Part shown: piece by piece, positions 48,171-61,300 of the stretch
Numbering within the stretch: the first letter of the stretch is position 1
How the letters are laid out: each line of letters opens with the position of its first letter
Assembly (NCBI GenBank): GCA_043228905.1
Contig: JBHGNT010000001.1
Span: 28,768,001-28,832,000 of the forward strand
Source of the DNA: Azolla caroliniana
Taxonomy: Eukaryota; Plantae; Polypodiophyta
DNA length: 64,000 nt
Direction: 5' to 3'
Translations under genes and position numbers: made by a program
The notes under the pieces: model-generated
The model's database searches: none
What the model was told of the DNA's origin: nothing
The model's input: only the letters and a program-made list of their open reading frames with translations

Positions 48171-51100
48171 ATGGAGACTATGAACGCGCGTAGTGCTCAA
48201 TCTAGTCGCAGTACGAGTAATTCGAGCAGTGATCAAGCTTCCAATTCTTCTGCGGGCTGGGAGAGATTCCTTCCTCCTCGACCTCTCAGAGTCCTTCTTG
48301 TTGAAGAGGACATCGCCACTCGCCAGATTGTCTGTGCTTTGCTTTCTAAATGTGGCTATGAAGGTAAACCGATTTTTCCTTTCCCTTCCTTTCCCTTCTC
48401 TTTGTATTTCTCTCTCTTTCTTTCTGCAGAACTCTAATTGGGGCTACGAACCTAACATTCTTGCTTTTGTTCCTTCTCTACCCTTATAGTTTCTGGATCT
48501 TTCTTTGTTTTTGCCGTTCTGCAAGCCGTTGCAAAACTCGTTTCTTTGTTCTCTTTCCTTTCACAGTATCTATGCATTAGAAAAGAGCATATTTTCAAGA
48601 CTTTTTCCGATCTATCACCATATCCATCGTGTACATGGATCTCCTTATTTCTTTCCACATAAATTTTTATCGGTCAGGAAGAGAGCTTTTTCCCAGTGCT
48701 TCTCTATTTTTTCTTTTTATTCCGCCAATTTTTCCACATGTGAAAGGTCTAAATGTTTTTGTTACTGTAATAATGCAGTGCGACCATCTACTGACAGTGT
48801 GACGGCATGGAATCTTCTGGAGAATTCTCCCACCAAGTTTGATCTAATATTAGCTGATGCATTTCTGCCAGATACATCGGGAAATGATCTTCTCTCCAAA
48901 ATCATGTCACATGAGTCTCACAAGAACATACCAGTCATAAGTAAGTGTTGAAGACAGTTGAGCAAATGTGGTTATTTTCGCGTTGAATTTCTTATTAACG
49001 CGAAATGCTATCCCTCAATATCTTATGTCCAAGACGTTTCCTATTTACAAGCCATTTCCGGCTCAAATGTGCTGTTTTTCAGTGATGTCTTCTCAAGACT
49101 CCTTAGACGTGGTCTTCAAATGCCTCCTAAGAGGAGCTAAGGATTTCCTTGTGAAGCCTCTCAGGAAAAATGAGCTCCGAAACCTTTGGCAACATGTTTG
49201 GAGGAAAAATCGCGAGGTGAGCTCTCATTTTTCTGTCATAAATAAGCATGTTAGTAAAATATCTGATTATTTTTTGTAATTAAGTTTTCATACATGCGTA
49301 AATGTTACATTTTCAGTCATGAATAGGTTGATGTGTAGGTAAATATCTCATTTTTTGGTCACAAATAAGTGTTGCATAATATTGGAAGAATTGTCACATT
49401 TTGGGGGAGAATAAGCTTGAAATTTGTGTATCAGTAAATATCTCCCTTTCCATCTTGAATAAGTTCATAATATTGACACATATTTCCAATAAATAAGTAT
49501 CGACATATAGTTCCAACCATATACAAGTTTGTGCATAGGTAAATGAAGACAGTTTACCTCTCAGGCTATATTTTCTTTCAGAACTCCATCTGCCCTTTCT
49601 GATCTTCGTCGTTTAACTTTCAGTCTAGCAGAATTGAAAATGGAGAATCTGCTCGAGGTCATAAGAGAAAAGCAACAAGGATATCCATGTCGAGTTCAGG
49701 GGGTAATTCTAGTGATGGATTCTCCATTAGTGGTGGAACTGCCACTCAGGTACTCGCCTGATTGTCATGCTTTCGTCTTCCATATCTGTGGTTTCTATTT
49801 TTGTTTTCTTGAAACAATGTTGGGTTGCAATATGTTTAATAGAACTCAAATATACAATTTCATCTGGACTTGTGTGCTTGCTAGAGAAAGAAGCTTAATT
49901 TGGTTACATTTTCAACATGCTAAACCAGTTTTCGTTCATTACCAGTCATTAATAATCTGACAACCATTGAATAATTCCATAAAATTTAGAATGGCCTAAG
50001 TTTATTTGCACATGTAATTGTACATGCTGTACATACTCAAATCGACATTTCCAACATAGCTATTTGAATTGAGGCAGGTTGTAAATTCAGAGGCAGTTCA
50101 GTCACAAAAAGAGGAAAAGACTTCACACAGAGAAGTGATAATTGATCAAGATACTTTGAAATGCGAATTTGGTAAGTGAATACACGCTAGCTTTAATGTC
50201 ATGTAAATTTGTTATATAATGATGACATTTTCACTTACATAATTCAGTCTCATATTATAATCAAGGTTCACGCACATTGGAGGAAAAAGAGGATTACTCG
50301 AGCAATTCGGATGATAAGGAGGATTCGGAAAGGTCAGCTAAAGCAATTGACTTAATTGGAACCATGACAGAACATCCCATTTTCGACAGAAGCCAGCCAA
50401 ATTCTGAGAGTGAGAAGTCTGTACTAACAAGATCTCATCAATCTCTCCCCGTATTGGAGCTCACTTTAAGAACATGCTCAAAACAACAGACACAAACTGA
50501 TCATAATGGACAAACAAGTGTACAACAATCATATTGCTCAGCTTTTTCAAAGTATGTTAGTCTATCCAAGTTTCCTCTCAAAGATATCTGAGATCAGGAC
50601 AAAATTTCAGTATACTAGAAACTACGTAGTGTCCCGTGTCTAGTTAATTGGCTACCATGAAGAAGTTAGCATAGATGGGATGTACATGTACTCTCTAAAT
50701 TTTCTATTGGCATTTGGTGAAAAATGATATATCCTGCTATGAAACTCTAGTATTAATTTTCCTTTTCCTTTTTCTACGTTTTTAATAGATATATTAGCAA
50801 TGTAACCTCGCCACAACATCAATCCATTTTCAGAAGTGTAGTCAGTCTTCCGAGTGATCATAGCTCACACAGAGGTGGTATTGATGGAAGTTGTGGTGCA
50901 TCAACATTACATTTTCCCCAAGCCATCCACTTCAGCCATGCTGGAAAACAAGGGGCTTCTGCTTTATCTTTAATCGCATCCTCAAGCGACGAGAATATGA
51001 GGCAGCCCCCCATCCACGAGAACTCCCTATCAAGTTTCAGAACCCCCTCGATGAATTCAACGACGATGAATGGGTCTAATCATCCCTCCAATAATAAGAC

Positions 51101-52275
51101 TCCTTTGAATGGATCTGAGAATGGAGATTGTGGTCCTGGTGATGCTCAATCCATGGATCAACCTAGTGCTCACCCATGTCCTTCAGTAAACACTGATAAT
51201 GTAGAATTGAATCAGCGAAACATTCATTTGCATCAATCAGCTACAGTCGTCGATGGTGCTTCTAATATAGAAAACAATGCATCAGTGCATGAGATGCCAA
51301 GTCATATGATGGCTAGTAGTGGAGGAAGCAATTTATGTGAGGATTATCGGACAGGAAAATCAGTTAATTATGGTGGGAGTGGTAATTGGGGGGGTAACTT
51401 TGGTGGAGGTAGTGAGGAGAATAGTATGGCTGATTGCTCCAGACCCACTACTAATACTATTGCTGAAGATTTAGAGCAGCTGAAAGCCAATGATTACCGG
51501 ACAGCTTTTCGGCAAGCAGCTCTCAACAAGTTCCGGCAGAAACGAAAAGTCCGATGCTTTGAGAAGAAGGTCAGTCCAATTTATACATATTTAATTTGTG
51601 AAAGCTTTTGGACCTGATACCTTTGTATGTTTGTCACCAATATTTTGTAGCATTAAGAAATTGAAATACCAAATGTCCCTAGCTTCTAGTCTTGCATATA
51701 TCATACCATAAAGTGTAGGAAAATGGAGTTGTTCAAAAGCTCTGAATTTCACCTTAGAAAACGAAAATCTTGATTGGTTAAATTTCTTAAATTTCTTAGT
51801 ATTCATGGTTTGCATCTAGATATCTGGTAGCTTTTGAGAGAATCCATTGATAAAAAAATGAGAAATTTTATTTGTTAAAATTTCTTAAAATCCTTAATAT
51901 TTGTGGTTTTGTTCATAACTTTAAAGAGAAGAAATCTGACAAACTGATCGAAAGTATGAAAACTTGTAAAGATATATTGTAATAAGACTTAAAGAAAAAC
52001 TTGTGAAAGACTATATGTAATAGACAGTGGAAAAATTATGATAAACCAACCATATTGTAGTGCTCTGATTGGGTTAGCCACATTGCTGTGTTTTTCACGT
52101 AATTAAAAGTTCATGTCCTACGGTGTGAAAGCTCAAAAATAAATTAGGCTTGGGCAATTTTCAGGTTCGATACCAAACCAGAAAAAAGCTTGCTGAACAA
52201 CGCCCCCGAGTTAAAGGTCAGTTTGTACGCCAAACTGCGTACAATGCAGTGACTCTATTACAACCTGATGCTTGA
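48171..52275 (+). CDS. PRR: Pseudo-response regulator (PRR3/7-type clock protein; receiver-like + CCT), ~634 aa, 8 exons
   Basis: Exons 48171-48363, 48779-48940, 49083-49216, 49624-49749, 50078-50171, 50248-50551, 50789-51569 and 52165-52275 join in frame. Motifs: [88 protein letters not shown] domain: [20 protein letters not shown]|[20 protein letters not shown]. Confidence 0.93.
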
Positions 52276-53419
52276 AGATGCACGACTTCAACAAGATACA
52301 TATCGTCTATGGTGATACATCGCTTTTGGTCATGAAGGCTTTGTAAATTTGTATTTGTTGTATACATGAGGTTCATGTGTTCCAATGGGGATGCAGTTGG
52401 ATAGGCTATATCTAAGGTTTTTTCAAGAGATAGAAAACTAAGGTTGGGCTTATAGTGATTTGGACCTGTTTTTTTAGTTCTAACAATGCTGTTACAGGGG
52501 CTAGTAATAACCCCATATAAAGGTTCCAATCTCCATCTCTGATGATGTAGGTTGGTGGTTAGAAAATAACACTGGAAATAGAACATTGTGATATAATTTT
52601 GGGCTTCAGTTAGAATTTGGGCTAATTCGTGATATTGATGTGAAACATTTAATGGCAAAACAGTGCATTGAACATAATACGTTAGCCAAATCATATATGC
52701 AATTCTTATTCTTATGTTTTGTAAGTGAAGTTCATGTGTTGAGGTCCGTCATTTGAATGCTTGTGGATTGTGCTTTGATATTGACTTTTTTACCCTCATA
52801 ATGTAACAACATTAATCGTAGGTCAGCAAAGTATGTATGATGGTGCATCACTGTGAGAGGATGTTTTGGACAAAAGCTTTCAAATATTGTTTGAATCTCT
52901 CAGATTTGAGAATGCAACATGTGATCGTTGGAAATTTTCCCGTCTTACTGAGCAAGAGGCCAGCTTGACAGTGAGGATAAAGTCCCCTTAGAGTGTCATG
53001 AAACACTATGGTACAACTAAGGTTTGTGATGGTCCCAGCAAATTGAACATGATCTTTCTTTTTTCATGTTCAATAGCAATGGACTATGTCTTTAAGCAAG
53101 GACTCTAAATTGAGTTAGATACTCTGTAAGTTCTGTGGATCATGCAATCCATTAGCTAAATTAGAGAATGTTCACAGTCTCCATTTTGTTCTCTTAAACG
53201 AGGAGCAAAATTGACATCTTGTGGATCAATGAAATACATTCTCCATATCTTTGAAAAGGTTTTAGAAGCAAATAATTGTTACAGTTCACCAAATTGTGCT
53301 TATCTTAATGGGGCCAGCCAAGTGTAGGAGTGGGAGTGGATTCCCAGCCAGGGTCCAGAGGCTTATACATGACAAAGATTCAACCCACAAATTTTAAATT
53401 TTAACTTATTGCCCTACAA

Positions 53420-56350
53420 TCATGACCTATTGTTCAATTCTGTTGAAAAGTTTGGAATATATTCACATCCTGCAAATAAATACAATGTCTCCTCTTCAAA
53501 TTCCTTGGAAGGATACCAACAGACCTCAGGTACATTTTCCTCTTGTAAAGAGCTTCCACAATAATTTGAAGTGAGCATATGCAAAGTGGGAGGAGTTACT
53601 TGACGATCAAAGCAATACAAGCCAAGCTCCTCCTCATCATATAGCTTGCAAACATGTAACAAAGCCCTCCAGACAACAATATCTGGAGGCATAGGCATTG
53701 TTTGAAGCAAATAACAGGCCTCTTTCAAAGCTCCTGTTCTCCCAAGAAGATCAACAATGCACCCGTAATGCTCAAGGCTTGCATCAATGCCATGTTCGCC
53801 TTTCATTGATTTGAAGTAGCAAATAGCTTCTTCAACAAGACCCTCATGGCAACAAGCAATCATCATGTTTGTGAATACCAACTCATTTGGCTTTATCCCT
53901 TGAATTTGCATGTCTATAAAACACCTTCTTGCAGGATTGATACTTCCACATCTGGCATACCCGGCAATCAAAGCGCCCCATGATGAAATTTCTCTATAAT
54001 GCTGTAAAACATCGAAGAGCACCTGCGCTTCTTCTAGATGCCCACATTTTGCGTACATGTCAACCAAAGCACTCGTAGAAATTCCAGTATCCGATTCGTC
54101 GCCTTGAAGTAGTAGACAATAATGAATCAATTTTCCTTGCCGTATTGCTCCAATATTGCCACATGTTCTCAAGATGGTAAGGAAAGATATATTGCTGGGC
54201 TTCAAACCCTTCGTTTGCATTTCCTCAAAGAGTTCAACGACGACCAAATCATTCCCACATTGAGCTTGTGCTATGAGCATTATACTCCATGAGACCATAT
54301 CCCTATCATTCAAACTCTCAAAGATTTTTTGTGCATCTTCAATATGCCCACAATTTGCATACATGTCCATGAGAGCATTTCCGACCACTACTACGTCACA
54401 TTCTGACCCACACCTTAGAATCTTGTCATGTGCTAGCCTACCTTTATTTATAACTTGGATATTTCTGCATGCTTTCAAGATGCATAAGAAAGTGATTTTG
54501 TTGGCTTTAATGTTTGCTTGTTTCATTTCGTCGAACAATTTTAAGGCATGATATGGAAGATTTTCTGCATATCCACCAATCATCGCTGTCCAAGCTGTCA
54601 CATCTGCATTACTTAGTCTTTCAAATATTTTGTGGCCTTCGATTAAACTTCCATGTTTCACATATAAATCAATAAGGATGCTTCCAAGGACATCTTCAAA
54701 CCTCTCTTTAACTATCTTATGATGTACCAGTCTTAAATTATGAATGGTTTCACAAGCTTTCAAAACGCACATGAATATAAATGCATCTGGATTTTCACCC
54801 TTCAATTCCATATGTTCGAATAGCTTGTAGATTGAACCCTCGTGTCTATGTCTCATATAACCATTAAATAGAGCACCCCATGCCATCTTATCACAATTTA
54901 GCAATTTATCAAACATGAACTGTGCTTCCGTAAAACATCCACACTGTGCATAGAGCCCCACAATGAGACTCCCAATGGCACCATCTGACTCTAGTTGATT
55001 TCTTATGATTTGATCATGTATTGTCCTCCCTTGTATTAATGCCCCGATGTTGCTACATCCTTGTAACAGATATACATAAGCAGCCTTGTTTGGATGAAAT
55101 TTTTTATGTTGCATCTTTTCGTAGAGAAGAAGAGCAAAATCCTCAGCTCCGTGCTGAATATATCCCTTGATCAATACAACCCATGATATGTCATTTAGTT
55201 CAGGAAGCTGATCAAAAACCTTTTGTGCACATTCGAGGTTAGCACATTGAGAATACATATCAATCAATGAAGTGCCCACCACAAGATCTTCATGAAACCC
55301 TTTCTTTACAACTTGATCATGTATGATGAAACCCAACATTGTAGACTCGACTTTCACACTAGCTTTCAAGATGGAAGAATATATGGATTTGTCAGCTTTC
55401 AGTCCTTCTCCTTGCATCAACTCATACATTTTGAGTGCACGGAAACCATCACCTTCAGTGGCATAGCCAGATATTATTGTACCCCACGCAACTAGATCTT
55501 TCTTTGGAAGAATATCAAACAATTGTTGAGCCTCTTCCATGCATCCATGCTTTGAATACATGTCAAGAATAACGCTACCGAGCTCCTCATCGATAACACA
55601 CCCAGTTTCTATTATATGTGCATGCATAATCTTCCCTTCGTGTACAAACCCACCATTAATGCAAGCCTTCAATGTAGCCATGAATGTGGCTTTGTTTGGC
55701 TGGATGCCACTTTGAAGCATGCCATCATGGAGATGAAGCGCAAATGCAGCATCATGATCCTCATTACATCGAGAGAATGAAGCTATGATGATGGTCCATG
55801 AGACCACATTAGGACGACATATTTTTATAAACATACGATATGCTTCCGTTAAGCTAGCACATTTGGCATACATATCAACAAGTGTATTAGCAAGCTTGGA
55901 ATCACACTCCAGGCTACTTGATATTATCTGATAATGAACCATCCGTCCTTGATCAAGCTCCTTTAAGGCTCCACATGATTTCACGGCAGCCAAGAGGGTG
56001 ACAACATCTGGTTGTAGTCCACGTTCTTGCATCTCCCAGTAGAGCTGGAGAGCTCTCTGTTCTGACCCGAGGCGGACATGGGCGTAAATGATGGAGTTCC
56101 AGGTGAGGATTGTGGGTCGAGGATGGTGGGAGAAGGCATAGTCGCATTCGTTTAAGCTGCCACACGAGGCGAAGAGGCGGATAAGATGGTCAGAGAAGCT
56201 GGGGATGGATGAATCCATTCCAGCGAACGTTAAGAGAGAAAGCACATCCCTCGCACACATCAGATCCCTCTTCTGTGCACATTCCTGGAGGTGCAGGTAG
56301 AGAGATTCCCTTGAGAAGAAGCCATTGGGACAGCCACTGGGCCATCTCAT
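53420..56350 (-). CDS. PLS-class PPR protein with E1 and a degenerate E2, no DYW; ~976 aa from ATG 56350 (a further upstream exon is possible)
   Basis: Regular P-L-S triplets (ANTLVDMYAKCAS, VVSWTIII, ATFMATLKAC) end in HYGCIVDLLGRTG..MPMPPDIVVWRALLHVC. The frame stays open to a splice-acceptor-like TTTTTTTTAG at 56420-56411. Confidence 0.9.
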   Translation of the reverse strand: MRWPSGCPNGFFSRESLYLHLQECAQKRDLMCARDVLSLLTFAGMDSSIPSFSDHLIRLFASCGSLNECDYAFSHHPRPTILTWNSIIYAHVRLGSEQRALQLYWEMQERGLQPDVVTLLAAVKSCGALKELDQGRMVHYQIISSSLECDSKLANTLVDMYAKCASLTEAYRMFIKICRPNVVSWTIIIASFSRCNEDHDAAFALHLHDGMLQSGIQPNKATFMATLKACINGGFVHEGKIMHAHIIETGCVIDEELGSVILDMYSKHGCMEEAQQLFDILPKKDLVAWGTIISGYATEGDGFRALKMYELMQGEGLKADKSIYSSILKASVKVESTMLGFIIHDQVVKKGFHEDLVVGTSLIDMYSQCANLECAQKVFDQLPELNDISWVVLIKGYIQHGAEDFALLLYEKMQHKKFHPNKAAYVYLLQGCSNIGALIQGRTIHDQIIRNQLESDGAIGSLIVGLYAQCGCFTEAQFMFDKLLNCDKMAWGALFNGYMRHRHEGSIYKLFEHMELKGENPDAFIFMCVLKACETIHNLRLVHHKIVKERFEDVLGSILIDLYVKHGSLIEGHKIFERLSNADVTAWTAMIGGYAENLPYHALKLFDEMKQANIKANKITFLCILKACRNIQVINKGRLAHDKILRCGSECDVVVVGNALMDMYANCGHIEDAQKIFESLNDRDMVSWSIMLIAQAQCGNDLVVVELFEEMQTKGLKPSNISFLTILRTCGNIGAIRQGKLIHYCLLLQGDESDTGISTSALVDMYAKCGHLEEAQVLFDVLQHYREISSWGALIAGYARCGSINPARRCFIDMQIQGIKPNELVFTNMMIACCHEGLVEEAICYFKSMKGEHGIDASLEHYGCIVDLLGRTGALKEACYLLQTMPMPPDIVVWRALLHVCKLYDEEELGLYCFDRQVTPPTLHMLTSNYCGSSLQEENVPEVCWYPSKEFEEETLYLFAGCEYIPNFSTELNNRS

Positions 56351-56548
56351 CTCAAACTTGTAAGTAAATCCTCCATTCCTGCACAGGTCACAAAATCTAC
56401 ACTTCCGCACCTAAAAAAAACACATAAAAGGATTCATTTTAAAAAACTGTGGATTCCCCAATTTCCATGAGGCCTCTTCTTCTTCTATATCTTGGGTGAG
56501 CATTGCTGTAATAATCCAGGGTGAATGTCAAAGCAAGTCTCACTCAAA

Positions 56549-56962
56549 ACTTGGCAGTCGGGACTTTATGATGCCGCAAAACTTGGCATTCCAGAGGTAT
56601 TGCTTGAGATATGGGAAACATTGTTGACAGTAGTTCATGGCCAGTATGATAACATGGCTGGTTCTCCAGAAAATATCCATAAAAGAAGGATGAAGCTTCT
56701 TCACTTATGGAGGAAGGTGCCTCTCTTTGTAATGACAAAGCAAAGACCTCAATGGAATTATCATCTTCCATGGATCTTTTCTTGATATAAAACCAACATG
56801 TTAATGTATCGTTTAAGGCTCAACAACCCTATATAAGCTGTTTTTGTATGTACAAGTTTAGGTGTACATACATTACGTTGTAAACCTACGGGCAGATAAC
56901 TTTCACTTGTACTTTCTCGATGTTTTAATACTATTGAAGAAAATCTTTTAGGGAAGAAAAAA
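56549..56962 (+). mobile_element. 5'-truncated L1-like LINE insertion with a 14-bp target-site duplication
   Basis: TSD AAGTCTCACTCAAA at 56535-56548 and 56963-56976. It encodes EIWETLL..GQYD...LHLWRKVPLF....PQWNYHLPWIF, homologous by eye to the end of ORF 32-1036, and has an A-rich tail. Confidence 0.88.
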
Positions 56963-57909
56963 AAGTCTCACTCAAAGGGGACGCTCGATTCTTCCAGTGC
57001 CCAAGCAAGCCACCAACGATGCATATTTCTTAGGTCTTGACATTTGCAAGTCAACTTGGAGAACCAATATACCCTCTCAAGTGAAATTCTCCCAACTCAT
57101 GTTGCATAACCATGGACCTCGTGTTAGAATCAGTCCCAAGACAACTTGATGAGCCCCACATCTCGCTTAAGAGGTACAATGACGATGACAACATTCCATG
57201 TGGGGTATTGGGTTCTCAATGTTTGAATTGGGACGAATCCTCGAGTGGGGATTTTCGTTCTCCCACTCAAGTTGGCACCAGTCTATGCATGTGTAGGAAG
57301 TGTTACCTAAATAGTCACAAGTTGCAACTCTTATCATCAATAGAGAGCAAGTCTATTGATTGAGAAGCCAAGTTTGATCATTTGTGCAATATTTAGGAAT
57401 GATCACTTCCTTACCTTGGTGAATGAAATCTCATAGTGTAAACATCGTCACAAATGCAAAGGCCTATAAAAACCATATTCAACAAGACCTACTCAATATA
57501 GCAATTTGCCAACTTTCCAAATGCTTGTTAATAAAAGATAGCACCTAAACAACAGTCCTATTCTCCAATGTCTGAATACCTTGCTTTTAGCCAATTTTCA
57601 AAGAGTTTTATGGGTTGGTGATATTTCATATTTATGACTATGTAGAAAATGATCTCGCAAATCCAAGTCTATATGTGTAGGATTTGGCATAGATTAAGAG
57701 ACAACGGAATTAATATAGGTAGATCATTATTCTGAAATGTTTATGCTCTAAATAGGTAAATTTTTTGGAAAACTACAGTTCCAAAACCATTGACCATTAC
57801 CTTATTGAGCTCCAAAGTTTTATAATTCTAATGGTATGTTTTTAGATTTAGTAATCTGGGACTTATGTATGGATTCTATGGAACGCACATCTCTATGGCT
57901 TGAACCAAC

Positions 57910-58172
57910 CATATCAATGAAACTTTCTGCATCCTATTATTAAATTTTATGTATGATATGTACTGATAATCAGGAAAGTTCTATTTTTAGAACAAAATCT
58001 ACATATTAACATTTGATCTCTAGAGGATGAACAATCATATCAATGAAACTGTTGGCATTCTATATTATTTGTATTGTTATGATTATCGGTTGATAATCAG
58101 GAGCTGTGAGTCCTATTTTATGAACAAATTGACATTCTCCATATTAACATTTGATCTCTAGAGGATGAACAA
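57910..58172. repeat. Degenerate tandem duplication (~126-137 bp units) downstream of the NTMC2T5-like stop
   Basis: CATATCAATGAAAC...TGATAATCAGGA...CATATTAACATTTGATCTCTAGAGGATGAACAA at 57910-58035 and 58036-58172. Confidence 0.85.
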
Positions 58173-58396
58173 ATTGGCACAATGTCCACATAAGCATTGA
58201 ATTTCTGAAAACGCTTACTTTTCCTGACATTTACTATAAATTTTAGTAAAGATGACAATAATTACATGCAATTTAATCTCAACCACAAAACTGGAAGGAA
58301 ATCATATGTTCCCTGCATGGAAAAGATAGATTAATGCAGTGTGACCATGAAAAGAATTAATAGCTTTTGTGAGATATACGACTCGAAAATACAAAG

Positions 58397-61300
58397 TCAG
58401 ATGTTGCCGTGAAGAAACCTGATAACAACCATAACTAATATCCCAGTCCCAAGCCCAATAAATAGCAATATAGCTGTTGGAGTAGACCAATGTTTAGTAA
58501 CCTTATGCACAAGTTCAATGAAACTAACTTTGTTTTGAGGAAGGAAAACCTTAGTACTATTGGTATCTTCCGGTTGATCTCCAGATGGAGCATCATTCCC
58601 AGATTCTAAACCCTTATTTTGTGAAGTAACTCCATTGTTGTATTCTTTGTCACTCTCAACCAAAATGGTGGGAATATCATCTTGAGTAGAAGTCAATTCT
58701 CCATCTGACATGAGTGAGTCTTCGGCTTCATCTTCAACATACGCAGTGTAAGTGAGCCGCAACAGTACTTCACCGACAATGCGTCGTCGGAAAGGACCCC
58801 AAACCCCTCTCAACCTAACTACTTTATCCACAGGAATAGTGTCTTTCAGGGACATGAGGTCCACCTGCCAGCAAAATTCACACAATTGGCAACAAATCAA
58901 GGCTATTGTTTGAAATTATTTTTTACCCAAATGGTAATACACCTTTTCATGTAGTTAGTGGAAATGATTTATTACTAAATATCCCACTATTTTACAAAAC
59001 TTTGGAGGTGTCTATACCTTCAATTTCAGAATTTAACAGCACTTTTCTAATATTGCGAGCATGTTGAGTCAACTTGTTCCTCAAAGTAACCATTCTGATG
59101 AGTTGTCATCAAGAATAGTTTTCGGAATGACTCTATTGAGTCTATCCGAAGTGCATTTTCAAAAACGAACCTATCAATTAGGCAAAATCTAATCTTCCTA
59201 TATGGGTGCCATGTAACGAGGAACTATATCGCTTGTAATAGAGAAATTTGTCTGAGATTTAAGAGTAACAATATTTGAGTTATATGCTATAACACAAATC
59301 AGCTATACAACTAGCTGAAAAGATGCCTACATCGTGCCCATCAAGATTGAGCTAGCTCTGAAGATTCTTAACTCACTCTCTAAGCTCTGTGTTCGTGAAT
59401 CGCAAGTGTCCAGTTTGTCCATCATTCAGTTAAAAAAAGAAAATCGATTAAGCAATGTTTCCTACATAAGAAATCAAACATGACGGCAGCTTGATAGCTT
59501 TGTGTACCGTCCATCGCATATATCATCGTGGAATAAAAAAGGTGAGCATTCAAATCCAATGAGAGCTCTACTGACATGAAAAACTTAAAAAAGCTCCATT
59601 AAAATTTAGTCCTAGATGAAAAAGCAATCTCACAGGAAATATCACTCTGAAATTTCAGTTATAGAGACACATGTGATGTTTGTGCAAAGAGGTTTCTACA
59701 TCTTGACTAGGTTAGAGAATGTGGCCTTAAATTTTGGATCTTAACAGCAAAAATGAACTTATGATATCCTAGAATGGGCCAACTTTAGAAAGGGAAGTGC
59801 TACAGCATTTTGATTACTCAGTAATAAGCCAAAGGAAGCTAAAAATCCTCTGCTTTTCTAAATTATGAGTTTGGACCACAAAATGCTTTGAAGAATAATT
59901 GAAGAGATAGCCTTACCTCACCAGCCCCTACTGTCACTGCTGTAATTCCAAAGTAATCCCGTACTCGCACATCCAACCGCTGTGTTTTGCGATCAACCAC
60001 GAGCAACTGAAAGTCCTGAGAGGGAAATAATCATCTTATAACTCACAGGAACATATTAGCGCACTTACACTCAGAACAGTGAGTGATAGTACAGATGAAA
60101 GAAAAATAAGAACTCCACACAATATGCTAGAAAAGGTATGATACTAGGAAGAAAAACAAACATTAAATAGCAAACTCAAATCTCAAGAAATGGAAATTTC
60201 CGTACTATGATAAAAAGGTAGAACTGAGTAAGAAATAAGCATACTTGATTCCAAATTGGACCACCAGGAGGTCCAATAACCGTGGTTTGACTATTCTTCT
60301 TGCTTCGTATGACCTGATCACCCAATGTTAGAATGACATATGGGTCGGTATTACCTGTTCATGAGATAGGAAAGATGTTGGCCATGTTTTATAGATGATA
60401 CGAAACTGAAACCCCAAGAGAGTAACGCTACTTCTATCAGAAGAACTTTCTTAGAAAAACAAATGACAATGTTTACAACTTACATATAGGAACAAGGCAA
60501 GGAACTAATCTAGAGACTCCATGTACAAACTCCATTTTGGTTCTTTTTAGCTAAAGACTTAATTGCCTTTTTGTTCGTTTTGGCTGGTGTACAAGCTAAA
60601 GAGTTTGAAGCATTTCTAAGTAGTTTCGAAGGTTTGTAACAATAACAACTGCTATGAGCTTCTGCATTACTTTTTAATGCATTACAATGTTTGTTACTTT
60701 GCATATATTGTAGAGCCTACATTAAGTTTCTCGATGACATTATAATATAGGTTGCATTATCCTACTATTCTAAAGGTAAGACATATTTGGTCAAAAAAAA
60801 AAGTTTGATTCCATATCTTAAATTCCTTTGCTGAAGAGGCACAGATTTCTTAAAGGACTTACAAGAATATATTCTGATTAATTGTTTAAAACAGCAAACT
60901 CCTGGTAATTGTGGCTATTTCAGACTATAGTTCTGTTTTAGGAAATGGCATGCATGAATTATTTAGTGTAATCTTGACAGGTGCTTCACAAATATGAAAA
61001 ACGTAATTAAAGTATTTTTAGTTTCGGAGGTAATTAAGTGTGCGTGATACTTGTATCATACTTAATGGACATGAACACCATGGTTTGTACATAGTAAGAC
61101 CAGCTGGATTCATGTAAACCCTTTGAACACTTTTGCTCAGTAGCATGGCCAGCAGTTTTTGTTTTTCATTTCAGTTGGGGTTCTAGAGGAGTCACAAATG
61201 ATAATTCAGAAGCTTTTCATTCATGTTCTATAGGACCCCTGGTTTTAGTCCAGAAACTTCACATAGCCCACACCTAAAATCTACTTGTTCATCCATAATC

